This document shows positions 10,166 to 18,925 of a stretch of 64,000 nucleotides of DNA, piece after piece; position 1 is the stretch's first letter, and each line of letters opens with the position of its first letter. Below the pieces are notes generated by a model. The model was given only the letters and a program-made list of their open reading frames with translations, did not search any database and was not told where the DNA came from. The stretch spans positions 3,897-67,896 of the forward strand of contig JAJSAH010000020.1 in assembly GCA_024274875.1 (NCBI GenBank). Reading direction: 5' to 3'. The position numbers and the translations under genes were made by a program. Origin of the DNA: an archaeon (GTDB lineage: Archaea > Micrarchaeota > Micrarchaeia > CAILAH01).

Positions 10166-10560
10166 ACCACCACTGATGCAATCGCCGCCACTTTAGGGAA
10201 CCTTTCAGCAATCTCCCTAGCAATCGCACCCTTAATCTCAGTTCCCTTAGGCAGCTTATTATCATCCACCAGCACAGCGGCGTTATCCTCAAACATCACA
10301 CGCGTGCCGTTGGCCCTTTTAAACTCTTTCCTTTGGCGGATTATCACCGCTTTCTCAATGTTTTTCCTTACCTTAGGGGAACCTTTTTTAACCGAAACTA
10401 CAACAATATCGCAAATGCCCGCAGAAGGGTACTTCGATTTTGTGCCCTTATATCCTATCTTCCCGATGATTTGAAGTATCCTTGCACCGCTGTTGTCATC
10501 GCACAACAATCTCGCACCAACAGGAAGAGGTTTTGTTATTTTTGAAGTAAGCGCTCTCAT
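10162..10560 (-). CDS. rpl14: 50S ribosomal protein uL14
   Basis: CDDNSGAR, VKKG.P, IIRQRKE, FEDNAAV, PKGTEIKG; start near 10560. Confidence 0.97.
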   Translation of the reverse strand: MRALTSKITKPLPVGARLLCDDNSGARILQIIGKIGYKGTKSKYPSAGICDIVVVSVKKGSPKVRKNIEKAVIIRQRKEFKRANGTRVMFEDNAAVLVDDNKLPKGTEIKGAIAREIAERFPKVAAIASVVV

Positions 10561-10576
10561 AAACATCCCCTTTGCT

Positions 10577-10861
10577 CTACTCTTTACCAATAACTACCCA
10601 ATTCTTCGTCTTGCTCAACCGCCTGCATTGTTTTAGCCGAACCACATCACCCACGCCAACATCCATGCATGGCGGAAGATGAGCATGAAGTTTTGAACGG
10701 TTTTTTGCGTACCTCTCATACTTAGGAACGTACAACAAATACTCGCGCTCGACGACAACTGTCTTCTTTGCGCCCTTGCTGACAACCTTTCCAGACACCT
10801 CTAAACCATACGTGCTTAAGTTGCCATGCACTGCGCATCGTTCATCATCGCATTCAACCAT
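10577..10861 (-). CDS. rps17: 30S ribosomal protein uS17
   Basis: C.D.RC..HG.L, PKYERY, HAHLPPC, CRRLSKTK; GGTG RBS before ATG 10861. Confidence 0.96.
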   Translation of the reverse strand: MVECDDERCAVHGNLSTYGLEVSGKVVSKGAKKTVVVEREYLLYVPKYERYAKNRSKLHAHLPPCMDVGVGDVVRLKQCRRLSKTKNWVVIGKE

Positions 10862-11005
10862 CTTAACACCTTTAATCATATGAATATGCGACTTATTTAA
10901 ACGGTCTAATATTTATATAAGTTATGCCGCATACCATTCGTAGATGTAATTAAAAAGAGAAGGTATTTTAAAACTAATGCCAAGAACTGCAAAAATATAT
11001 GAACC

Positions 11006-11206
11006 TCAAATCCTTGCAAGCTTAATGTCATCCTCAGTGACAGTTTTCCTTCCCGCGTGCCTTGCAAGCTTAATTGCGCGCGTTGCAATCTTAATAGCCT
11101 CTTCCTCTAAAACATCAGCAAGCGCTTCAACCGCTCCATCACTGACCCTCTCCGCGCCAGCACGCTTTATCAGGCGCTCAATGGGTGCCCTGGGCAATTC
11201 TACCAA
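11006..11206 (-). CDS. Archaeal histone (HMf family)
   Basis: ELPRAPIERLIKRAGAERVS...LARHAGRKTV..DDI.LA; TTG start with GGTGA RBS. Confidence 0.97.
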   Translation of the reverse strand: MVELPRAPIERLIKRAGAERVSDGAVEALADVLEEEAIKIATRAIKLARHAGRKTVTEDDIKLARI

Positions 11207-11250
11207 AATATCACCTATGTTTAATAATATATGGAAAGAATATAACCTTA

Positions 11251-12696
11251 ATGGTGCTCAAACAGGGCATACTGCCTCGAAAATACCAAACTGAGATAGC
11301 AGAGAACGTTTTACGCAAGGGAAACTCATTGATCGTGCTTCCAACCGGGTTGGGCAAGACATTAATAGCAATGCTTATCGCAGACAGATTGAGGAATAAA
11401 GGAAATGTGCTGTTCCTTGCGCCTACTAAACCGCTGGTAAACCAGCATGTTAAATCCTTCGCAGAGTGCATTGAAAACGCAGATGTGATCCCAATAACAG
11501 GAGAACTGCAAAAACAAAAGAGAAAAGATATGTGGAATGCGCATAACATTATCGTAGCAACTCCGCAAACGGTTGCAAGCGACATAGAACATATTGACAA
11601 GAGCAGGTTTGCACTAGTTATATTTGATGAGGTGCACAGAGCTGTGGGCAAATATGCATACTCGCTGATTGCAAAAGAGTTCAGGCCTTACGCGTTGCTG
11701 GTAGGATTAACTGCTTCACCAGGCGGCAAAAAAATCAAGATTGATGAGATCAAGAAAACGCTCGGAATAATAAATGTGGAAAGCAGGGATTATAGTGATG
11801 AAGATGTATCTAAATATGTTAAGCAGATGGATATAGAATGGATTGTTGCAGAGCAGGACCCTATCTATAAAAAAATCTCAAGCCGGCTGAAAGACCTCAC
11901 TAAATGGTACTTAAAGATGGTGAGGGGGTATGGGTTTAGAGTGGGAAGCACGCGAAAAAGCATGATAAGCGCGAGAACATCTATACTCAACAGTCCAATA
12001 AAATCAAAGTATCATGCCATTAAGTATTTGAGCGCAGCAATCAATCTGGATTATGCCGCTGAAATGGTTGAAACGCAGAGCATGAATGCATTTTTAGAAT
12101 ATGTTGATAACCTTAAATCAAGGGAAGGCAAAGGAGTCAAGATGCTGCTTAAAGATGGGAGATTTGAGCAGATAATAAAAGATGTGAAAAGCAATATGCG
12201 AACGCACCCTAAGATGAAAGTGCTGGCATCTATACTCAAACAAAACCCCAACTCAAAATACATCATTTTCTCGCAGTACACTGCTCAAATAAAACATATT
12301 CATAATACGCTAGAGCGCGAGGGATTTAAGTGCAAGATGTTCGTTGGGCAGCGGAAAGGGTTTACAAGAAAACAACAACTGGAAGTAATCAAGCAGTTCA
12401 GAGAAGGGATTTTCAATATACTTATAGCGAGTTCAATTGGAGAGGAAGGGCTCGACATACCTTCAGTGGATTATGTTATTTTTTATGAGCCCATCCCAAG
12501 CGAGATAAGGACTATACAGAGACGGGGCAGAGCAGGAAGGGCTAAGAAAGGATATGTTAGAATATTAATTGCCAAAGGGACAAGAGATGAAGCATACTAC
12601 TTTGTGGCAAAAAGAAAGGAGAAAAAAATGAAAGCAATAATAAAACAAATGGGAAAGAGAGAGAAAAGGACAGGAACATTAATCGATTTTATGTGA
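11251..12696 (+). CDS. Hef/FANCM (ERCC4-related) SF2 helicase lacking the nuclease domain
   Basis: PR.YQ, LPTGLGKT, DEVH, GLTASPG, EEGLDIP, YEPIPSEIR.IQRRGRAGR; ends before any ERCC4 domain. Confidence 0.9.
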   Translation: MVLKQGILPRKYQTEIAENVLRKGNSLIVLPTGLGKTLIAMLIADRLRNKGNVLFLAPTKPLVNQHVKSFAECIENADVIPITGELQKQKRKDMWNAHNIIVATPQTVASDIEHIDKSRFALVIFDEVHRAVGKYAYSLIAKEFRPYALLVGLTASPGGKKIKIDEIKKTLGIINVESRDYSDEDVSKYVKQMDIEWIVAEQDPIYKKISSRLKDLTKWYLKMVRGYGFRVGSTRKSMISARTSILNSPIKSKYHAIKYLSAAINLDYAAEMVETQSMNAFLEYVDNLKSREGKGVKMLLKDGRFEQIIKDVKSNMRTHPKMKVLASILKQNPNSKYIIFSQYTAQIKHIHNTLEREGFKCKMFVGQRKGFTRKQQLEVIKQFREGIFNILIASSIGEEGLDIPSVDYVIFYEPIPSEIRTIQRRGRAGRAKKGYVRILIAKGTRDEAYYFVAKRKEKKMKAIIKQMGKREKRTGTLIDFM

Positions 12697-12972
12697 GGAG
12701 CGAGATTGTTTAGAACAACCTTCTGAATAAACATCCATCTCTATGCGATACATTTTGCAATAAAAATCATCTCCCTCTTCATCGCACACGCGCTTGAACT
12801 CTTTAATGCTTCTTATGAGTTTTGCGCATTCAACAGCCATGCGCTCTTCGCTGTACTTCTTTATTAGTGGCCTATTCTGCGCTGCGCAACTGCCTACAAG
12901 CAGAGATGCTGATAGAAATAAAGAGGCCCTTCTGCGAGCCGATTTTCGCCTCTGAGCAAATGACTGTGCCAT
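12679..12972 (-). CDS. Hypothetical exported or lipid-anchored protein
   Basis: Basic N-terminus, hydrophobic stretch ending VGSC; fills the gap between genes. Confidence 0.5.
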   Translation of the reverse strand: MAQSFAQRRKSARRRASLFLSASLLVGSCAAQNRPLIKKYSEERMAVECAKLIRSIKEFKRVCDEEGDDFYCKMYRIEMDVYSEGCSKQSRSSHKID

Positions 12973-13059
12973 GCAAACATTTGCCTCATGCTATATTATA
13001 AACATTGCGAGCATGCAGTATGGAAATATATATATAGTTTAACATTAAGAAAGATTGGC

Positions 13060-13350
13060 ATGAGCATAAAACGCATCTTAGAAAAAAGGAACGGCCGCAT
13101 CGCGCGAAAGGGCGTGTTCAACAAGGCGAAGAATGATGCGGCTGAACGCGAGATGCATATTATAGATACTGCGCTCATAGTGGCGTGCTGGAAAGGAAAT
13201 TTAAACATGGCAATAGAAGCGATTAAAAACGGAGCAAACATAAATGCACAGGATATAGCGGGCACGAGCGCGCTTGAGTGGGCAAAAAAATCCGGCAATA
13301 AAGAACTAATTAAATACTTAAAAAGCAATGGAGCAAAAGATAAAATATAA
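13060..13350 (+). CDS. Small ankyrin-repeat protein
   Basis: TALIVACWKGNL...IKNGANINAQD..GTSALEWA...GN.ELIKYLKSNGA; TATA-like aatatatatata at about 13025. Confidence 0.88.
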   Translation: MSIKRILEKRNGRIARKGVFNKAKNDAAEREMHIIDTALIVACWKGNLNMAIEAIKNGANINAQDIAGTSALEWAKKSGNKELIKYLKSNGAKDKI

Positions 13351-13608
13351 TCATTTCAGCAAGAAGTCCAATGACGATTTGCCCTTTGGAAACACGATTA
13401 TGCCAGCGGCGCGTATCGGCAAGCCGACTTCGTTGCTTAAATTGGATAATTCGTGTATTCCTATCTGCCTTTCAGCAACCAACAGCTTGTATTTTCCAGC
13501 AGGGGAAGGTTCGGCGACCATTCGAAACACAACGCGCTGGTACATGCCGCTGCGCTTAACTCTCAACTGCACGCTCCCGCCTTCAACAAATTCCACAGAC
13601 ATGACCAT
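13351..13608 (-). CDS. Hypothetical protein
   Basis: 85-aa ORF overlapping the RNase H stop codon (TAATG coupling). Confidence 0.6.
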   Translation of the reverse strand: MVMSVEFVEGGSVQLRVKRSGMYQRVVFRMVAEPSPAGKYKLLVAERQIGIHELSNLSNEVGLPIRAAGIIVFPKGKSSLDFLLK

Positions 13609-14435
13609 TATTTCCTCTTAAGATATTTAAGCTTGCATACATTGCGCAAAAAACCTTCATCAAACTCAAGCATCCTTGAACGAGTTGCTTTGCCCAAATC
13701 TATGCCTGTTGATTGGCTGTGCGATAAAATCCACCTCATATACTCATGCTTAGCAATTATGCTTGCGCACGACACGCTTGGGTGGGCTTCCGCGCGCGGC
13801 TCGATCACTACATCTACTTCCTGCGAACCGAACACCTGTTTTATCTCGGAGATAAGCGTATCGCTTGCCTCACTGCCCCCAAACTTATCAATTATCACTG
13901 CACATCTTCCTTTAGAGAAAGGTGCGAGCGATGCGATGCATCGCATGTGAAGAGAAACCATAATCGAGGTTAAATTGTTGTTAAACTGCTTGTTAAAATC
14001 CCTCGGAGAGAGCATGCGCACGCTATGCTTAAACTTGCTTATCCTGGCAAAGACATCATTAATCTGAGATTGCGATAAAAGTTTGCTATCCATCGCACCC
14101 TGCAACCTCGCAAAAGCGCGCTCGCGTTTGCTTCTCAACAGAACAGAACCTACAACCAAAGGGCCCATAAATTCCCCCTTTCCAACCTCATCTGTCCCTA
14201 TTGTGCAACCGCTAAACGGGTCAACGCTCTCAAACATTCGAACAATGCTTTCGCTCAACTTCTCAGATGGAAATTTCGAGAAAACAACTTTTCCCGTGGA
14301 ATACACCACAATTAAATTGCCGTCATGCTCATACCTTGCCAGCTCATGCTTATTTGTTGGCGAACATCTTTTTCCGGAAGAAATCATGCGAATGAATAAA
14401 TTTATTTCATTGCCGTTGAGCTTAATTATATGCAC
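13608..14435 (-). CDS. rnhC: Ribonuclease HIII-type (type 2 RNase H with N-terminal TBP-like domain)
   Basis: N-terminal VVYSTGKVVF; IGTDEVGKGEFMGPLVV, DSKLL, IIDKF, SV..ASIIAK. Confidence 0.8.
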   Translation of the reverse strand: MHIIKLNGNEINLFIRMISSGKRCSPTNKHELARYEHDGNLIVVYSTGKVVFSKFPSEKLSESIVRMFESVDPFSGCTIGTDEVGKGEFMGPLVVGSVLLRSKRERAFARLQGAMDSKLLSQSQINDVFARISKFKHSVRMLSPRDFNKQFNNNLTSIMVSLHMRCIASLAPFSKGRCAVIIDKFGGSEASDTLISEIKQVFGSQEVDVVIEPRAEAHPSVSCASIIAKHEYMRWILSHSQSTGIDLGKATRSRMLEFDEGFLRNVCKLKYLKRK

Positions 14436-14656
14436 GCTTAAAAATATGTTGCAAATAATTTTAAGGCTTAATTATTTCATATGAGCTAAAACAGAGGAGA
14501 ATCGTTTTATTTAATAAAAACACGCTCTCAGAAGCCCTTTTCGGCAAAAAAACGATTTTTAAGAAGCAATTCAGAAATAAATCGCTCAAAACGATTTTTT
14601 TTGAAAAATAAGCATTAATAGAAATATTTAAATAAATTACAGCACTAAAAACTGAT

Positions 14657-15031
14657 ATGATTAAAGATGCATTAGTTTCAGCCTCAAAAAACACAGTTTT
14701 AGGGCGCCATATCGTTGCAGAAGCTGAAATAAGCGATCTGGACCTTTTAAATGATGAAAAGCGGCTTTTAGAGGCTATAACTATTGCATCAAAAAAGGCG
14801 GGGATGACTGTTATAAACGGGTCTTCGCACAGATTCAGTCCGCAGGGAGCCACAGCAATTGTATTGCTTGCTGAGTCGCACGTATCAATACACACTTGGC
14901 CAGAGTATAGTTATGCGGCTATAGATATATACACCTGCGGCAAAGATCCAGAGCCAATTATGGAAGAATTAAAAGGCCTCCTGCCCATACATTATACAAA
15001 GGTGATGGTTATTGACAGGGGGCCAGAATGA
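14657..15031 (+). CDS. speD: S-adenosylmethionine decarboxylase proenzyme (pyruvoyl)
   Basis: GRH, F.PQG.T...LLAESHVSIHTWPE..YAAIDIYTCG. Confidence 0.93.
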   Translation: MIKDALVSASKNTVLGRHIVAEAEISDLDLLNDEKRLLEAITIASKKAGMTVINGSSHRFSPQGATAIVLLAESHVSIHTWPEYSYAAIDIYTCGKDPEPIMEELKGLLPIHYTKVMVIDRGPE

Positions 15032-15887
15032 ATTCTGCATCGTTGAAAAGAACAACCATGTCTCGCATGTTATCCCGTTTTCGCTTGTTTCGCATGTAAA
15101 ATCGCAATACCAAGACATAAAAATTGCAAGCAATAATAAGTATGGGAAATGCCTAATACTTGATAATGCAATTCAGCTTGCAGAATATGATGAATTCATG
15201 TACCACGAATTCCTTGTCCAACCTGCGATGCATATCTCTAAACCAAAGAGAGCGCTTGTGCTTGGGGGTGGAGACGGATGCGCATGCAGAGAGATGCTTA
15301 AACATGAATCAATTGAGGAAATCGTGCTTGTAGATATAGACAGAGATGTTGTGCAGCAGTGCAAAATTCATATGAATGATATAAATAATGGCTCGCTTGA
15401 TGATGATAAAGTGAATATAATCATAGGAGATGCAATAGAGTATGTGGAAACTTGCAATGAAAAGTTTGATGTGATTATATCTGACATCACGGATCCAGAT
15501 ATGGTAGGAGATTACTTTTACAGTGAAGAATTCGTAAGCAAGTGCAAAAACGTGCTGAGCGATGGAGGGGTTTTTGCAACGCAGGCAGGCATGCTGTCGT
15601 ACGAAGAGAATATAGCAAGGACAATATTCGATAAAATAGGAAAACTATTCAAGCATTCAGTATTATATTCTTCGCCATACATCGGCTCATTCAACTCAAC
15701 ATGGGGATTTGTCGTGTGCTCTGACGCGTTTGGAGTGAAAGAATGCAGGAAGGTTGAAATCAAGTGCAGGATATTCTCTGAGCAGATGCACTCAGCGATG
15801 ATTTGCTTAGCAAATGCAATCAAAGGAAACAAAAAATATGATGAAAATAAATATTATGAGAGAAGCTGCAAAGAGATTAACCTATAA
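15012..15887 (+). CDS. speE: Polyamine aminopropyltransferase (spermidine synthase)
   Basis: KSQYQDI, LILD..IQ, DEF.YHE.LV, LGGGDG, VDID, DVII.D.TDP. Confidence 0.93.
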   Translation: MTGGQNEFCIVEKNNHVSHVIPFSLVSHVKSQYQDIKIASNNKYGKCLILDNAIQLAEYDEFMYHEFLVQPAMHISKPKRALVLGGGDGCACREMLKHESIEEIVLVDIDRDVVQQCKIHMNDINNGSLDDDKVNIIIGDAIEYVETCNEKFDVIISDITDPDMVGDYFYSEEFVSKCKNVLSDGGVFATQAGMLSYEENIARTIFDKIGKLFKHSVLYSSPYIGSFNSTWGFVVCSDAFGVKECRKVEIKCRIFSEQMHSAMICLANAIKGNKKYDENKYYERSCKEINL

Positions 15888-17399
15888 AAATGCCTCCACA
15901 TCTTCCTTCTTCTGCTCCAACTCCTTTTCATAATCCCTTGCAAGAGATTCAAGGTTAGGAGATTCAAAAGCAAAATCTGCATTGCGCTTTCTAACTTTAA
16001 CAAACACTGGTTGCACAACTGCTTCGCCTACCAAAAGCGCTTCGCCCGTTTTCAATGAAGTTATGCTGTCAAGCATATACTTATCGATCCCTTCGCTGCT
16101 TTCCCCGATATGCTTTATGTCATAAGGGTTAGTTACGCGCATAATTACATGTGTATTGCATTGCGATAATGCTGTTGTGCTTAGTTTTACCGGACGCTGT
16201 GAAATCAAGCATATAGATGCGCCAAACTTCCTCCCTTCGCGCGCTATCAACTCAATCTCGTATTTAGAAAGCATGTCTTCCTTCTTTACCTTTTCGCCGG
16301 CAAAATTATGGGCTTCTTCGATAACTAGTATGAAAGGAGGAATGCGCTTCTTCTTAACCGCTCTGAACAACCTGCGCGAATAATACGCAACGAGCAGCTG
16401 TTTTTTCTTGATGCTGTCAACATTTTTCATATCTATTATGCTTACCTTGCCTGGCTGAACAAGAGAAGTTATTGAAGGATCATCAACCTTCCCGAGCAAT
16501 CTCATTCTTTGCATGCTGTTTAAATGCTCAGCAAGAGTGTCGCGCGATTGAGCAGTTTTTTTATCGCTTTCAGAGAGTATGCAATTGATAAGATCTCTCA
16601 AAGTGAATAGCTTGCGCTCCGTCCTAGCTGACTTTTTTAAAGAACGAAGCTCAGTATTAAGTATGCGCTTCTGCGGACCGCTCAAAGAATTGTAAAATGG
16701 AAACATGTCTGCAGAAAGATTCTTCAGCCCAATCTTTATTTTTGATGCATCATGCACAACTACATTTTTTGAGTAGATGCTGTTTTTCATATGTGCGTAC
16801 TCGCCATGCACATCTATCACAACTACACCAACTCTTCCGTGCTCCTTCTTTCTGCTCAGAAGTTCTTCAAGCAGAACGCTCATTAAATAACTTTTGCCTG
16901 CGCCGCTCATTGCAAGTATTGCTACATGCTTCTGAAACAATTTTGATAGGCCAAGCTTAACATTTGTATTATGATTTAAAAGTGTTCCTATATTGAGGCC
17001 GTCTTGTTTGAATCCTAAATATTTAGATAACATTTCATCTTCAACGCTGCGCACATCATTGCCAGGTGAGGGGGGAAAAGAGCATCTATGGAGCATAGAA
17101 CCATCAAACACACCGATTATGCCTGCTTCTGCAATTGTATAACTCCAATCTGAAACCGGAAACTGCGAGGACAACATCCCTATGCGTTCATACTCCGCCA
17201 CGCTTTCAGCGCGTTCAAAATACCTGTTTGAGCGGAATATGTCTTTAACTACTGCAATCAGCGTCCCGTTTTCATGTTCAAGCTTGATGAACTGACCTTT
17301 CTTTACAGCATTCACTGCATCATCATTAATTACAAATGCAAACCGTGTTGTGTTCGGGCTGTCGGCAAGAGATATAACTGTTCCAAGCTTGCGGACCAT
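15882..17399 (-). CDS. HerA/FtsK-superfamily ATPase (DUF87, HAS-barrel N-terminus)
   Basis: HVAILAMSGAGKS, IDVHGEY, IEEAHNF, IAREGRKFG, SQRP, SQCNT. Confidence 0.9.
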   Translation of the reverse strand: MVRKLGTVISLADSPNTTRFAFVINDDAVNAVKKGQFIKLEHENGTLIAVVKDIFRSNRYFERAESVAEYERIGMLSSQFPVSDWSYTIAEAGIIGVFDGSMLHRCSFPPSPGNDVRSVEDEMLSKYLGFKQDGLNIGTLLNHNTNVKLGLSKLFQKHVAILAMSGAGKSYLMSVLLEELLSRKKEHGRVGVVVIDVHGEYAHMKNSIYSKNVVVHDASKIKIGLKNLSADMFPFYNSLSGPQKRILNTELRSLKKSARTERKLFTLRDLINCILSESDKKTAQSRDTLAEHLNSMQRMRLLGKVDDPSITSLVQPGKVSIIDMKNVDSIKKKQLLVAYYSRRLFRAVKKKRIPPFILVIEEAHNFAGEKVKKEDMLSKYEIELIAREGRKFGASICLISQRPVKLSTTALSQCNTHVIMRVTNPYDIKHIGESSEGIDKYMLDSITSLKTGEALLVGEAVVQPVFVKVRKRNADFAFESPNLESLARDYEKELEQKKEDVEAFL

Positions 17400-17451
17400 A
17401 AAACAAGTTAGGGTGAATACCTATTTAAACAAAACGCAAGCGCATTTCCAA

Positions 17452-17465
17452 TAAAAAAGAAAAAA
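17452..17465 (-). terminator. Oligo-T tract after the antiporter gene
   Basis: T-rich run (TTTTTTCTTTTTT) on the minus strand right after the stop codon. Confidence 0.45.
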
Positions 17466-18842
17466 TTAGTTTTTCTTGCGAAGCAGGAATGCCAACAACG
17501 GCGGGGAGAGTAAAGTGGTCAAAATCACCATAACTACGATTATGGAAAACAGCTGGCTGTTGATTACACCTAAATTTTTGCCGATCATCGCGAAAATAAG
17601 GCCTACTTCGCCGCGTGGCACCATGCCTACGCCAACCATAAGCTTATCTACGCCTTTGCTCGCCGCTATGCCAGCAACCACTTTGCCTATGAAAGCAACA
17701 GCAGTTATCGCAAGAGCGAGCATCAATATCTGCGTATCAAATAATGTTTGCAGCTCAACGCTCATCCCAGTAACTACAAAGAACACCGGCACAAGAAAAT
17801 AACTCACAGGTTCAATTAAATCCTCTATATGTTTTTCGGAATGTTTCTCAAGCACCCTGCTAATCTTTTCTCTTGTGCTCTGGCTAGCTGACTTTATTGC
17901 ACCCTTCACATCATCAACAAACGCTGGGTTCTTGAAAAACTTGAAGTGCACTGGATCCAAAATCAGCCCTATTGCAAATGCGCCAACTATGGGCGCCAAC
18001 CCAATCATTTGCGCAAGGTATGCAAAAATGAGGCAAAACGCGATCGCAACAGTGAATTTCATAGGTATGCCTGCATGTATTTGCGAGAATGCTTTGTTAA
18101 AGAACGGTGCGAAATACTGGCCAAGCGCAATTGAACCTCCAAGGAAAAGCACGGCTTTAAGCACTATGAAACCTATGTCTGCAAATCCAACTGCGCCAGT
18201 GGTAACGATTGCTGAAACAACAGCAAGTATTATCAGTCCCATCACATCATCTATAACTGCTGCGCCCAAGATTGTCTGCGCTTCGGGAGTTTTTAGTTTT
18301 CCAAGGTCTCTGAACACCCGTGCAGTGATTCCCACTGATGTTGCAGTCAGCGCGGCGCCCAAGAACAAGTATGCATTATCAGAAAGCCCAGGAAACACTG
18401 CTGGACCAACAACATATGTTCCAAGCACAAACGGAGCAATCACTCCTATGAGAGCAACTAAAAATGCGCTTACGCCAACCTTTTTCATTTCGTGAATGTT
18501 CGATTCGAGACCTATTTGAAACAGAAGAATAACAACGCCCAGTTCAGAGAGAAACAGTATGATGCTGTCAGTTTTTATCGGCTCAAAAAATGTAATGCCA
18601 AAAAGCACCAAGTTTCCTAAAATCAAACCTATAACAAGCTCTCCGAGAACTGTGGGTTGGCCAAAACGTTCAACGAATCCTGCAATTTTTGCAGCAATGA
18701 GTATGACTGCAATCCATAAGAAAGTCAATGCAGCGCCAGACCCATGGCCTTCCACATCCTGTTCGCTAGTGTTGCCGTGTTCAGCAGAAAATGCAAGCGA
18801 ACAGAGCAAAAGAATTGCCAATACTCCAAACAATTTGCTCAT
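17466..18842 (-). CDS. CPA2-family cation:proton antiporter
   Basis: GQPTVLGEL, LLFQIGLE, ATSVGIT, AAVIDD, GMVPRGEV. Confidence 0.92.
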   Translation of the reverse strand: MSKLFGVLAILLLCSLAFSAEHGNTSEQDVEGHGSGAALTFLWIAVILIAAKIAGFVERFGQPTVLGELVIGLILGNLVLFGITFFEPIKTDSIILFLSELGVVILLFQIGLESNIHEMKKVGVSAFLVALIGVIAPFVLGTYVVGPAVFPGLSDNAYLFLGAALTATSVGITARVFRDLGKLKTPEAQTILGAAVIDDVMGLIILAVVSAIVTTGAVGFADIGFIVLKAVLFLGGSIALGQYFAPFFNKAFSQIHAGIPMKFTVAIAFCLIFAYLAQMIGLAPIVGAFAIGLILDPVHFKFFKNPAFVDDVKGAIKSASQSTREKISRVLEKHSEKHIEDLIEPVSYFLVPVFFVVTGMSVELQTLFDTQILMLALAITAVAFIGKVVAGIAASKGVDKLMVGVGMVPRGEVGLIFAMIGKNLGVINSQLFSIIVVMVILTTLLSPPLLAFLLRKKN

Positions 18843-18925
18843 GCAACCACTCCTTTCAAAGATGCGGTATTTCTGCAAGGGAAAATATATTAAGATAACT
18901 AAGTGAATACTCTATTGCATTGAAC

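Noticed and set aside
15882-17399. HerA-based anti-phage defence system
   Set aside because: No adjacent Sir2, nuclease or DUF4297-like partner; the neighbours are speE and an antiporter.
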